A stretch of DNA of 64,000 nt from a virus. The stretch lies in IMG/VR virus record IMGVR_UViG_3300050343_000256, positions 20,979 to 84,978 of that record, one strand, 5' to 3'. The stretch's first letter is position 1, and each line of letters starts with the position of its first letter. The position numbers and the translations under genes were made by a program. Of this stretch, positions 28,651 through 38,472 are shown piece after piece. The notes beneath the pieces were generated by a model. That model was not told the DNA's origin. It ran no database searches and was given only the letters and a program-made list of their open reading frames with translations.

Positions 28651-29763
28651 CTAAGATTCGTGCAATCGTGCGTACTGGATGATAACAAGACCATCTCCGC
28701 CTTTTGGCGCTCGATATGACGAATAGCCGTTCCCGCCTGATCCACCAGCATTGCCGCCGTCAGCAGAGGTGTAGCCACTGCCAGAGGCACCACCGCCGCC
28801 ACCAAGAACTCCGCCGCTGCCGGGGCTTTGGAAAACGTAGTTTGCTGCATCGCTATGGCCTGTCCCCCCACCTCCAGCACCGGGGCCTCCACATGTGCCA
28901 TGTGCGTGAGCATTGCCGTTACTTGTGAAATTCATGCCGCCAGTGCCACCTCCGCCCCCGAAAAAGATTTGATTGGGGGTAAGGATCATTCCGCCTTTTG
29001 CATTTTCTGGCTCTTGCGCTACGCCGCCGCCGTAAGTTGTGTAGTGATGCCTGGGGGCGCCACCACTGCTCCCAGCCCCGAAAAGCCCACAACCACCTGG
29101 AACTTGGTTGTAAGAACTGCTAGGAGATGCTGAAGACGCAGGTGCAGACATCGAGCCGCCGCCAGAACCAGCGACATAACTCCCATTAGTACCTGATCCC
29201 CCTATACCTGCTCCACCGCCACCTGCATATGTACTGGCTGAACCACCGGTGAAACCATTACTAGTTCCGTAAGGAGCAGGGGCCGAACCGCCTCCGCCTC
29301 CCCCGGAATTTGAGTTGGTTGAGAAATAACCACTGCCACCTGTTCCACCACGCTTATTAATATCTCCGCCAACGCCCATCCCGCCGACAGCGTAATCAGC
29401 CGAAGAACCTTCATTAGCAGCGGAATATGCGCCGCCATTTCCGCCAGTCGCAGAACAATGAGACCCGAAAGATGAAGATCCGCCACGGGCATTGGAATTA
29501 TTACTACCTAAGCCGCAGACAACAGTTTCGGTAGAGCCAAGTGCGCCCACATTAACCAATTTGACAGCAAGGCCACCGCCACCACCACCATTGCGAGTTT
29601 TGGTTGATTGATGATAATTTGCGCAACCTCCCCCACCAGCTCCCCAAACATGCACCAAGATTGGCTTTGATGCATCTATATCAGATGGCTTTGTCCAGAC
29701 ATGAGCGCCTTCAAACGAGAAAATCTCAATAGCTGTATAAAGATAGGAGTGAAAGTTAGCCAT
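28651..29763 (-). CDS. glycine-rich fibre-like protein, type B
   Basis: MANFHSYLY start; same core motifs. Confidence 0.8.
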   Translation of the reverse strand: MANFHSYLYTAIEIFSFEGAHVWTKPSDIDASKPILVHVWGAGGGGCANYHQSTKTRNGGGGGGLAVKLVNVGALGSTETVVCGLGSNNSNARGGSSSFGSHCSATGGNGGAYSAANEGSSADYAVGGMGVGGDINKRGGTGGSGYFSTNSNSGGGGGGSAPAPYGTSNGFTGGSASTYAGGGGAGIGGSGTNGSYVAGSGGGSMSAPASSASPSSSYNQVPGGCGLFGAGSSGGAPRHHYTTYGGGVAQEPENAKGGMILTPNQIFFGGGGGTGGMNFTSNGNAHAHGTCGGPGAGGGGTGHSDAANYVFQSPGSGGVLGGGGGASGSGYTSADGGNAGGSGGNGYSSYRAPKGGDGLVIIQYARLHES

Positions 29764-30912
29764 TTACGCGATTACTTTGTACTGGATGATGATGAGGCCG
29801 TGACCACCTCTTCCAATCGTTACTGAGCTAGGTGAATACCCGGCGCCGCCACCGCCGCCGCCGTTACCGCCAGCACCTGCATACTGATTTTCACTGGCGC
29901 CTCCACCACCGCCAAGCATTCCTCCGTTCCCTGCGTAGTACCTGAAGGCATGCCCATTAGTGGAACCCATGCCACCACCACCACCGCCAGGGCCTCCATC
30001 AGCTGCGTTAGCTCCTACGTGATATGTAGAGCGAACAGCAGTTGTAGAACCGCCGCCACCTCCACCGCCAAACCATATGAAGTTTGGCTCGATCAAGGCA
30101 CCACCTGACCCAGTGGTCGCATTAATACCAGCACCACCGCCGTAGCTGTAATAGAGATAATCAGTAGACGCGCCTACTCCTCCAGAACCATCCCAACCGG
30201 GCCCGCCTTGAGCGCCGCCACAATAATTTTGGAAAGCATCACCACCGCGACCGCACGATCCACCGCCGCCACCACCTGCGTGATTAATAGATGTTCCGCC
30301 TTCTCCACCTATGCCCGCACCTCCTCCCGCTGCCGAGGTCGAAGTTCCGCCCCCTCCGCCGTAGCCATTTCGCAACCCGTCAGGATGTGGAGCTGATCCG
30401 CCACCTCCGCCTCCTGCATTAGTCGATCCTCCGTTATAACCAACGCCTCCAGTACCACCTCTTTTATTTACATCTCCACCGACACCTATTCCGCCAATTC
30501 CATAACCAGTAGAGCCTTGATTGGTAGTGTTATAGCATCCACCATTTCCGCCAGTCGCGGAACAATGAGAACCGAAAGATGAAGATCCGCCTAAAGTACC
30601 TGGATTTGAATTGCCAAGCCCAATAACCAAAGACTCAGTAGCTCCAAGGCTTCCTACGTCGATGTACTTAATAGCTAACCCACCGCCGCCTCCTCCATGT
30701 CCAATTGGAGTGCCTTGGTTTCCTCCACTGCCTCCAGCGCCCCAGACATAAACACGAATACGATTACCACCTAAATTAGATGGCTTCGTCCATGTGAAAC
30801 TACCAGCGTGACTGTAAGAGCGAACCATATTAAATTCGCCGAGGCCGGCTCCGCCGTCCCCGCCGGCATTACCGCCACCGCCACCGCCGCTGCCAGGAAA
30901 TCTGCGTCCCAT
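29764..30912 (-). CDS. glycine-rich fibre-like protein, type A
   Basis: MGRRFPG start; same core motifs. Confidence 0.8.
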   Translation of the reverse strand: MGRRFPGSGGGGGGNAGGDGGAGLGEFNMVRSYSHAGSFTWTKPSNLGGNRIRVYVWGAGGSGGNQGTPIGHGGGGGGLAIKYIDVGSLGATESLVIGLGNSNPGTLGGSSSFGSHCSATGGNGGCYNTTNQGSTGYGIGGIGVGGDVNKRGGTGGVGYNGGSTNAGGGGGGSAPHPDGLRNGYGGGGGTSTSAAGGGAGIGGEGGTSINHAGGGGGGSCGRGGDAFQNYCGGAQGGPGWDGSGGVGASTDYLYYSYGGGAGINATTGSGGALIEPNFIWFGGGGGGGSTTAVRSTYHVGANAADGGPGGGGGGMGSTNGHAFRYYAGNGGMLGGGGGASENQYAGAGGNGGGGGGAGYSPSSVTIGRGGHGLIIIQYKVIA

Positions 30913-30915
30913 CCT

Positions 30916-31398
30916 TTAATCCAATACTGAATTAAGCTTGTCTACGGACGATTGAGAAATAGTTTTTGCTGCAAGCAGATCGGCGATCAAATCCTTATTA
31001 TCTGCATCATCGTATTGGTAGTGATTTGTGTCTTGCATGAACTCAAGAAGTTCAACCACGTCTTCATCTGTGCTGGCTTTAAGAGCTTTACGCTCAATCC
31101 GAGTGAAACACTCTAAAAATTGCTGTCGAGTGATCCTCCGGTCAGTTTCTTTGACGATTGGAGGAGGCTCGGGAGCTACGTACTTAGTTACCTTCCCATC
31201 AGCGACAGTGTCGCCAGGCTCGGACCCATCAGGCAGGTCGACAAACTGTTTCGCAAGATCTGGGTGGAAGCTGGTAGCTACATCTCCAGAACACGTTTCA
31301 AGAACAATTCCGTCTTCTGCAAGACGACCTTTAATAGACATATCAGGACTCCAAGCCGTAAGCAACGAATGAAAGACTTCCAGCGCCAGAACCGACAA
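30916..31398 (-). CDS. tail-fibre assembly/chaperone-like protein
   Basis: FHPDLA...PGD..PEPP..ITRQQFLECFT.IER; true start probably MSIKG near 31342. Confidence 0.55.
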   Translation of the reverse strand: MSVLALEVFHSLLTAWSPDMSIKGRLAEDGIVLETCSGDVATSFHPDLAKQFVDLPDGSEPGDTVADGKVTKYVAPEPPPIVKETDRRITRQQFLECFTRIERKALKASTDEDVVELLEFMQDTNHYQYDDADNKDLIADLLAAKTISQSSVDKLNSVLD

Positions 31399-31678
31399 TC
31401 AATCGGGCGCCAGATTCAAGAGTTACGCCAGTTCTCTCCATTGCAGCATTAGCGCCCAAAGAGAAGTCAAACTCAATGTAATATTGCGTAGCGATTGCGC
31501 CAGAGCTGGCAGATTCTGAAGCAGGAACAACCGCAACCCGTACAGTGTCAGCCGCTGCAGACTGATTGCAAACTGACAAGATCAATGTTGTCGTCGCAGT
31601 CGCAGTAACTAAAGCCGTTGATGCATAGGTTGGAGCGCCACCGCCGGGTTTCGAGGTCCCCTTAATACCTGAAGCCAT
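31343..31678 (-). CDS. small beta-rich structural protein
   Basis: SVCNQ..DTVRVAV...YIEFD...ERTGVTL...SFVAYG. Confidence 0.7.
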   Translation of the reverse strand: MASGIKGTSKPGGGAPTYASTALVTATATTTLILSVCNQSAAADTVRVAVVPASESASSGAIATQYYIEFDFSLGANAAMERTGVTLESGARLIVGSGAGSLSFVAYGLES

Positions 31679-31736
31679 GTAATAAAAGCGATCAGTCGGG
31701 CAGATTCACTGCCTCTTCTCCTAAGTATAAAGTTTA

Positions 31737-31895
31737 TTAGCTCTGCTCGTTTTCCGCTTGGACATGTGAGCGTAATTGCTGCCTGGAAATGATACGCTCT
31801 CCAGGTGATTGCCTGTTCACAGCGTTTACTCTTTTCTTGCGAGCAGTAAGCGCCCGTTGCTGCTTAGCCTTTTGTGCAGCAGCTCGTTTAAACAT
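31737..31895 (-). CDS. small basic protein (52 aa, not in ORF track)
   Basis: MFKRAAAQKAKQQR...; TAATG overlap with the upstream gene. Confidence 0.45.
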   Translation of the reverse strand: MFKRAAAQKAKQQRALTARKKRVNAVNRQSPGERIISRQQLRSHVQAENEQS

Positions 31896-32623
31896 TAGCC
31901 GGAAAGACCCATGAAGAACGAATACTGCTTATCAGCAACAGAGGACGTGTACTCACCAGCAATTAGTCGTGTCCACTCGGAAGACTCAGGAGCTGTGCCA
32001 GGGTCGGCAGTGCTGTTCGAAGTGTGATCTGTCAGGCAAATGAAGTGATCGAGGTTAGGCGCAGTACCTGTCTGAACTAGATCACCTTTGAAGTAATCAG
32101 TACTAGTGGCATAAACAGTACGATTTTCAGTGCCCTGTGCATACCGTTCCCAGTTACTGCCTGACAAGTCTGCTAGGAAAGTCCCAGCTGACGTGTGATT
32201 GGTAAGGGCTCTGTAGCTCTGCCCTAAATAGACAACTGAATCGTCTTTTTTATAGGCAGTAGCGGTAACCCAAGTGCCTCGGAAGTTGTAACCACCTACG
32301 AGAACTTCCCAGAAAGAAGCATTGGGCGGGATTTCATTGGTACTCGCGGCAATTGCTCTATAGCTCGAACCGCCTTGGATTACGACATCATTGACTTGAT
32401 ATGCAGTCGCTGAGCTCCAAGCACCCTTGGCCGCTAGGCCTGATACCATCAGCGACCAATACGTGGTATCGCTTGGCGCATTCCCTACAGTTGCCGAAAC
32501 ATTGATGTAGCAGTAAACATTGCCACCATACTTGACAACATCGTTGTACTCGTACTGAGTAGTTGCAACGTAATCTCCTCGGTACTGAAAACGAAGCTTG
32601 CCGAGATCAATAATAGTACTCAT
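31895..32623 (-). CDS. tail-associated protein with carbohydrate-binding-like repeats
   Basis: IDLGKLRF; four GxW/Y..T.Y..D.V repeats. Confidence 0.75.
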   Translation of the reverse strand: MSTIIDLGKLRFQYRGDYVATTQYEYNDVVKYGGNVYCYINVSATVGNAPSDTTYWSLMVSGLAAKGAWSSATAYQVNDVVIQGGSSYRAIAASTNEIPPNASFWEVLVGGYNFRGTWVTATAYKKDDSVVYLGQSYRALTNHTSAGTFLADLSGSNWERYAQGTENRTVYATSTDYFKGDLVQTGTAPNLDHFICLTDHTSNSTADPGTAPESSEWTRLIAGEYTSSVADKQYSFFMGLSG

Positions 32624-32913
32624 ACGATCTCACAGTTCAGGTGTCCGAGGTTTGCTGTTGACCAGCTAAAATTCAAAAGCTTGTCAGACCACACAGTTGC
32701 CTTGTAGTCCTCAATATTGATTATAGAAAGGTCAGGCTGCTTGAACTCTGAACCTCCTGGGTTTCTAACGATCTGAAGATTGCCCGTAGCGACATTCAGA
32801 TTAAAACTGTATGAGTTCTTACCAGCCGGGGGAGCGAACTCATGAATTTGAGGGCTTACGACCTCTTTAATTAACTGGATAGACATTAGACGTCTTCGTA
32901 AACAGAGAGCCAA
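32620..32913 (-). CDS. structural hypothetical protein
   Basis: operon packing; start probably MSIQLIK. Confidence 0.55.
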   Translation of the reverse strand: MALCLRRRLMSIQLIKEVVSPQIHEFAPPAGKNSYSFNLNVATGNLQIVRNPGGSEFKQPDLSIINIEDYKATVWSDKLLNFSWSTANLGHLNCEIV

Positions 32914-33287
32914 ACGACGAACGTGTCAACGGAATTGCCATCAACGGTGGGGGCGTCAGACTTGACAATGTCCTCCGCACCGAGAACCATCTTCTCCATG
33001 CCAGTCAGTCGCTTTTGTTCGCCTGGGCCAACACGCAGATTCTTTGCCAAGTAATAATCGTCAGATCCGATAGTTACAAGTAAGCTGATAGGCAGCTCGA
33101 AATCAGAGACATTCGAAACAGTCAAACCAGTGACGACAGATGTCATCGAGCTGGGAACGGTGTAAACCGTCGTCGCTGAAGGTGCAGACGTTGGACTACC
33201 GACAGATGCCTGAAATCTTTTAAAAGTTGCCATCAACCAAAAGCAAGAATATCTGTCACAGAAAGCTGTGAACCCATCACAACCCAA
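32886..33287 (-). CDS. small beta-rich structural protein
   Basis: TTVYTVP...VTGLTVSN; start probably MATFKRF. Confidence 0.65.
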   Translation of the reverse strand: MGCDGFTAFCDRYSCFWLMATFKRFQASVGSPTSAPSATTVYTVPSSMTSVVTGLTVSNVSDFELPISLLVTIGSDDYYLAKNLRVGPGEQKRLTGMEKMVLGAEDIVKSDAPTVDGNSVDTFVVWLSVYEDV

Positions 33288-33730
33288 CTATTCGTTGAGC
33301 CTGCTATGTACATGCTAAAGGTCCCAAGCAAAGGCGAATACCAGATATCGCCTTGCATCATTCCCGAAGACGGGGCAGCATCCTGAACGAAAAATGTCAT
33401 CTGACACGGCACCCATTCCACCGTGCTCGCTAAGTAGACCTGTAGAAATCCATTTGTAGTGTCATACCAAAGACTTCCATTCGCTGGGGTGGTAGGAGCC
33501 GTGGGAGACACAACGACTGATCCACCTCCACCACCACCGCCGACTGACGTCCAACTAGCACCGTCGTAAACCTTTAGCAGATTATTGGCAGTGTCAAACC
33601 AAAGATCACCGGTAACTGCAGAGCCAGGAGCGGTCCCTTGACTAGGAACATTTCCCCCTCCTTCGACTCGATCTGTTGCAGATATCTCTTGAGGATATCC
33701 ATTGACAAGAACTAAGGGATAACGATTCAT
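33233..33730 (-). CDS. tail fibre-like protein with GDLWFD repeats
   Basis: three AP....G(D/S)(L/I)W(F/Y) repeats. Confidence 0.75.
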   Translation of the reverse strand: MNRYPLVLVNGYPQEISATDRVEGGGNVPSQGTAPGSAVTGDLWFDTANNLLKVYDGASWTSVGGGGGGGSVVVSPTAPTTPANGSLWYDTTNGFLQVYLASTVEWVPCQMTFFVQDAAPSSGMMQGDIWYSPLLGTFSMYIAGSTNSWVVMGSQLSVTDILAFG

Positions 33731-34302
33731 CAGGTAGTGAGCATTGGGGGCAAAGGCTGGACGTCCATAACGGTGTCTGTGATGGCTTGCCCAACCAAGA
33801 CTGAATAGATGCCACCACCCCCTGGGGCAGTGGTTGTTTTACCACCGTCGACATCTAAAAAATAATCAGAACCAACTTCAAGCCCCGTATAACCATCAAA
33901 AGGACCTCTGGCTACGATCGTTACCGGCAGGCCTGCCTCGGCGGCTGAATTTTTAGCGACTCCAACAATGTTGGCTTGTTCTCTGCTGAAAATATTAGTT
34001 GCTTTATACGCTCGTCCATCAGAAGCTTTGACATAGATCGCATCACCAGACGCGAATGTTTCACCAGATGTAGAAGGGACAAGCGTGGCTACTGACTGAG
34101 AGCCAGATCCACCACCGCTGATGGCAAGCTGTAGGTCAATTAACGCCTGAATAATGCCAGCGGTATTAGCGGGATATGCCTTCAATGAACCTCCAGCGGC
34201 TTGGATGCAAGTTGTAATTGCTGCAATAATGCCTGACGTGTTTTCAGCAAATCGCCCCTGGAATAATGGGGTTACTGAAGGATTAAGAGGCTCTGTTGTC
34301 AC
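33730..34302 (-). CDS. structural (cement/fibre-like) protein
   Basis: GE.FASGDAIYV..SDG.AYKA...IVGVA; GL..G..YFL. Confidence 0.7.
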   Translation of the reverse strand: MTTEPLNPSVTPLFQGRFAENTSGIIAAITTCIQAAGGSLKAYPANTAGIIQALIDLQLAISGGGSGSQSVATLVPSTSGETFASGDAIYVKASDGRAYKATNIFSREQANIVGVAKNSAAEAGLPVTIVARGPFDGYTGLEVGSDYFLDVDGGKTTTAPGGGGIYSVLVGQAITDTVMDVQPLPPMLTT

Positions 34303-34338
34303 GGCTTAAAAAATGCCTCCTCATGTATTCTATTAAAA

Positions 34339-35769
34339 TCACGGAACAATTACTGGACTGCCTGGATCGCCTGGGTCAAGAAAACTAATGACAGGGTATT
34401 CGACTCCACCTTTCGAAACTGTCTTACTGAACGAATTGGTTGATTGATTAAAAGATTGCAGGCTTTGGGTTCCACGTTCCATCCACCAATCATTATTTCT
34501 GCACCAGCTTGAAAGAGGTTCAGCTTTATCGTTCCACAGCATTGGCGCAACATTCGGTCTGATATTGTCACGAACGTCACCACCTGGGAAAATAACGAGC
34601 CCCGATGATTCCGCAAGAGTAAGAATAAACCTGTCCCAACTAAGTTGACGATTACGAAAATACGACATGAACTCGTCGGGTTTCATCGACCTCTCTGATT
34701 CAGACAGAAACTCAAGAAAGTCTCTATCGGTCTGAGTGGGGTAATCATCTGGCTCGAGCCAAGGACAACCGCAGGCCCACCTTTGAGCATGAATATGCTT
34801 GCACTCACGTCGATCGTCGCGCCTGTTTCCAAGCGATCTCCACTGCCTGTAATAACCAACACCTTCTTTTTCCCAAGCCGAAAAGACGCTCCTGTTGGCA
34901 TTTGGCAATGGAAATGTTTCGAGCGTTGCCTTTGGCTCAGGCGAATCTAAGTTCGCTAAAGCGCCCCCCAGGTGATCAGGGCAGCAACAGAAGAACGAGA
35001 AAGAAGAACACAAGTGCCGACTGCCATCCGTTCTCCATGTCGGAGGCTCTTCGGGGTCGTACTTCTCTTTCGACCAATACATGGTCTTATTACGCTCGAC
35101 ACGTCTATACGGCCTGGACAAGTCGAAAGTCAGTGTCATGCTGCCTAAGCTGACGCCGATCAAAGTAAAACCCAGACTGCCTACATCCTTGCGGACGAGG
35201 TCATCAGGGAAATTAGGGCCACTAGCAGAGTCTTCGAAAACATCGCCAATAACCGAGTAAAAAATAGCAAGCTGATCCGTGTTGTACTGGGAGGAGACGT
35301 TGTAAGTAAAGGTATGTTTTGTCGGGTCAGGGTCGGCATTGTTAATCGTAATATCAGATGACTGGATAGCGCCAGGGAACATAAAACTACCCCTAACTCT
35401 GGTAGCCACGTACCATGTATTTTCTGGGCTTACATCACTAGGGAAAAGGGTTACAACTTCTTTACTTCCTTGAGAGTTGATCTCATCAGTAAGAGAAGCA
35501 TTGGCGTTATGAAAACGTGCAAGGATGTTGAGTTGCAAGTCGCCCCAAGTCCTCCCTTCACCGAAATAGTATTCCTGGCCAAGTTTCCAGCGCTTGTAAT
35601 CAGACTGACGGTTGTATTGTTCAATGATCGTAGGAAACTGAATTGATCCATACTGACCAAGACCAGTTTCTGCGTTTGGATATAACCCCTTTGCCCTGCG
35701 CTTGACACTTTTCTTGAATGGGCGGAGGGCAAAGCTATTGCCCATGTCGGAGCCAAGGCCTTTAGCCAT
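34339..35769 (-). CDS. protein with SWIM-like zinc finger
   Basis: CCCPDH...ECKHIHA. Confidence 0.65.
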   Translation of the reverse strand: MAKGLGSDMGNSFALRPFKKSVKRRAKGLYPNAETGLGQYGSIQFPTIIEQYNRQSDYKRWKLGQEYYFGEGRTWGDLQLNILARFHNANASLTDEINSQGSKEVVTLFPSDVSPENTWYVATRVRGSFMFPGAIQSSDITINNADPDPTKHTFTYNVSSQYNTDQLAIFYSVIGDVFEDSASGPNFPDDLVRKDVGSLGFTLIGVSLGSMTLTFDLSRPYRRVERNKTMYWSKEKYDPEEPPTWRTDGSRHLCSSFSFFCCCPDHLGGALANLDSPEPKATLETFPLPNANRSVFSAWEKEGVGYYRQWRSLGNRRDDRRECKHIHAQRWACGCPWLEPDDYPTQTDRDFLEFLSESERSMKPDEFMSYFRNRQLSWDRFILTLAESSGLVIFPGGDVRDNIRPNVAPMLWNDKAEPLSSWCRNNDWWMERGTQSLQSFNQSTNSFSKTVSKGGVEYPVISFLDPGDPGSPVIVP

Positions 35770-35771
35770 TC

Positions 35772-36503
35772 CTATCTGAATCGAGACTGGTAATACCCGC
35801 TGGTAGAACCAGATGAAAGGCCTTGACTAGGTGCTTGCGTAGGCCCTCGCTGCCTTTGTGTATTAGTCTGCATTCGCTCAACAACAGGGCCTTTTCTGTT
35901 TAAAACGCTGTCAGTTAAACCACCTTCTGCCTTAACTCTCTCGGTCAATGATTCATTGTCCCCTGCCTGGAATCTTGGACCTCCCGCCGCAAGTCCTCCA
36001 GCTCCTCCGCCTGTCGTCGCGTTCGAGCTTGTAGTGCTCGCGCCGCTTCGCAATGACTGCAGCTGCCTACCAACCGCCTCATTGCGATAACGCTCTGCTT
36101 CGTCGTTAGCCTTGTCGTAGTCAGCAGACTTTGTTTTAAATTGATCTTGCCAGTCATCTGATTGCTTCTTGTATTCAGCCGACTGAGCTAATGCACCTTG
36201 ATATTGATTGGTGAGATTGTTGACTTGTGATTGATAGTTTGAAAGCTGACTTTTGTATCCAGATATTTGACTTTCATACTGATTGCGTACACTCGCCGCT
36301 TGCTGCTGGGCTTGCCGCTGAGCTGCGGCTCCCGCATTGACTGCGTTAGCAGCATCCCTAAGCCTCCAGCCAACACTAAGACCTGAGCCACCAACGGCAG
36401 CTGCGATTTGCTGCGGAGAGTAACCATCATCGATGGCTCGATCCCAGGAGCCCATTCCGGTTCCGCCGCCAGGCCCTTTGTACCTTGTAAACCAATTAGC
36501 CAT
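35772..36503 (-). CDS. coiled-coil probable virion protein; paralog of 37693-38472
   Basis: shared EAERYRNEAVG.QL; ends YYQSRFR. Confidence 0.7.
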   Translation of the reverse strand: MANWFTRYKGPGGGTGMGSWDRAIDDGYSPQQIAAAVGGSGLSVGWRLRDAANAVNAGAAAQRQAQQQAASVRNQYESQISGYKSQLSNYQSQVNNLTNQYQGALAQSAEYKKQSDDWQDQFKTKSADYDKANDEAERYRNEAVGRQLQSLRSGASTTSSNATTGGGAGGLAAGGPRFQAGDNESLTERVKAEGGLTDSVLNRKGPVVERMQTNTQRQRGPTQAPSQGLSSGSTSGYYQSRFR

Positions 36504-36505
36504 GA

Positions 36506-37690
36506 CTAACCAAACCGAGACGAGTAGTAATTACGAATACGGCCAGAAGTTAATTTGCCAACATTGCTATCAAGCTGCTTAATCTCGTTCCTGGCTTCAG
36601 CTTGTACCTTAATCGGCTCGACGACGGCATTATTATCTGCATCGCCAGGAGCCGGTGCCTCGGAGGTGGGTTCTTCAGCAACTGCTTTTACCGCCGAACC
36701 CACAGTGCCGACCGGAGCTTGAGTGGGAGTACCACCACCACTTTCGACAGCTTTATTAAATGTGTCCTTATACCTTAATTCTGGTGGAGTGTTATCAGTC
36801 CCTGCAATGGCGTTGCCTCTTGCGTCGACGCTGGGGAAAGCGCTGTTGTAACCGTTCTCACCTGTAAAGCTTTTCCACTCAGGCTCCGAATAAGAGCCAT
36901 ACTCCGCTTGGCTAGGCACCGATCCATAGTTGGACATAGTCTCGCCGTCGCTCTCACCACCAGCCACGAACAAATAGTTGCTCGAAAAAGGCTTGTCGAT
37001 TAGACGGTTATAGGCGTCTTTAGGAAGTAAGACAGGCCTAGATCTTCTATCGCCAGCTTGACCAGAGTATGAATACTCTGTGTTATCAGGGCGCTGCTTT
37101 CCTTGGGGTCCTGTGTAATAAGTCTTGCCGGCCATTACACCCAGCTGATCAGCAGCTTTGCCGCCAATTGTGACACCTGACGCAGCCAATGTTGAGCGAA
37201 TTTGAGCATCGGTATACCCCGAACCTCTAGCCCGCGCTAAAGCCGAGGCCCCAAAGCCTCCATTCCCCATCGAATCATTGGTAGCACTGGAAAAATTGGT
37301 CGGGTCAAAGAATCTTCCGGTTTGCGGAAGGCCCCGATTGGCAGAATAATCAGCACCGCGATTAGCAGCATTGCTAAACATCGCCTGCGCTTTAGCGCCA
37401 ACTGTGTAGCCCTTCTGCGCTGCTTCGTTTTGAATCTGCTGCAAGCTTTTGCCTGCATCCATCTGCTGCTGGACGTAAGTGGCGCCAATGCCAGTCCTTT
37501 GGGCTGGGGCTGGAGCGGGGGCAGGGGCGCCTCCGCCTCCACCACCACCGCCGCCAGACGAAAACATCGCTGCAGCTGCTGGGCCAATTTGATATCCATT
37601 AGCAGCAGCTTCGTTTTGAATAGAAGCCATTGACCGACCTGCGGCCATTTGCCTTTGGACGTAGCTTGCGCCGATGCCTGTTCTTGCCAT
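36506..37690 (-). CDS. probable virion protein with N-terminal ~44-aa duplication
   Basis: RTGIGA.YVQ.QM.AG.S...IQNEAA..GY occurs twice; ends YYSSRFG. Confidence 0.7.
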   Translation of the reverse strand: MARTGIGASYVQRQMAAGRSMASIQNEAAANGYQIGPAAAAMFSSGGGGGGGGGAPAPAPAPAQRTGIGATYVQQQMDAGKSLQQIQNEAAQKGYTVGAKAQAMFSNAANRGADYSANRGLPQTGRFFDPTNFSSATNDSMGNGGFGASALARARGSGYTDAQIRSTLAASGVTIGGKAADQLGVMAGKTYYTGPQGKQRPDNTEYSYSGQAGDRRSRPVLLPKDAYNRLIDKPFSSNYLFVAGGESDGETMSNYGSVPSQAEYGSYSEPEWKSFTGENGYNSAFPSVDARGNAIAGTDNTPPELRYKDTFNKAVESGGGTPTQAPVGTVGSAVKAVAEEPTSEAPAPGDADNNAVVEPIKVQAEARNEIKQLDSNVGKLTSGRIRNYYSSRFG

Positions 37691-37692
37691 GA

Positions 37693-38472
37693 TTAACCGA
37701 AGCGGGAAGCGTAATAACCGTTTGTGGAGCCGGAAGCTAACCCTTGGTTTGGATTACCTTGAGGTGCGGTCTGGCGGCGTTTAGCGGTAGACATCTTCGC
37801 CACAACTGCCCCCTTAGATGACAGTGCACCACTCTCTGCAGTTATATTTTTCTCAACATCAATGCCATCATCACGTGAAGTTTGATACTGAGATCTACCA
37901 CTAGCTAATCCACCTTGCTGGGCTGTTGAATTAGAGCCACCAGAGGTAGCTCCAGACTTCATCGCACGAAGCTGTTGCCCAACCGCTTCATTCCTATATC
38001 GCTCGGCCTCATCACGAGCAGTCTCGTACTCTTGTGATTTAGTAGTGAACTGATCCTCCCAGTCACGCGCTGAAGTCTCAAATTCACCAGCTTTAGTTTG
38101 CCAAGTTTGGACTTGCCCCAAGGCATCATTGTATTGATTCTGTAACCCACTAACTTGATTCCGATAGTCACCAATCTGACTTTCAAATCCTGCGATCTGG
38201 CTTTGGTAACCACCAAGCTGTGCCTGTAAGGCAGCATTTGCAGCTTGCGCACTCGAAAGCTGGCCGGCTTGTGCTTGAGCTTGCCGCTGAGCGTTTTGGG
38301 CCTGCGTAGAGCGTCTGTTACGGGCTTCAGATGAATTCTGAATATCAGCGGCTACTTCATAGATATTATGCCCTGAATTCAGGCGATTCATGTAGTGGTC
38401 GTAGCCGCCTTGATCAGGAGCACGCCCTAAATAGTTTTGATACCATTCTCTAATATTGGCGTCGTAACTCAT
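37693..38472 (-). CDS. coiled-coil protein with N-terminal DUF4214-like motif
   Basis: WYQNYLGRAPDQGGYDHY...SSEA; ends YYASRFG. Confidence 0.7.
   Translation of the reverse strand: MSYDANIREWYQNYLGRAPDQGGYDHYMNRLNSGHNIYEVAADIQNSSEARNRRSTQAQNAQRQAQAQAGQLSSAQAANAALQAQLGGYQSQIAGFESQIGDYRNQVSGLQNQYNDALGQVQTWQTKAGEFETSARDWEDQFTTKSQEYETARDEAERYRNEAVGQQLRAMKSGATSGGSNSTAQQGGLASGRSQYQTSRDDGIDVEKNITAESGALSSKGAVVAKMSTAKRRQTAPQGNPNQGLASGSTNGYYASRFG

Noticed and set aside
26341-30912. CRISPR array or diversity-generating retroelement suggested by the repeated blocks
   Set aside because: The repeats are coding segments of paralogs about 1.1 kb apart, differences are not adenine-specific, and no cas or reverse transcriptase gene is present.
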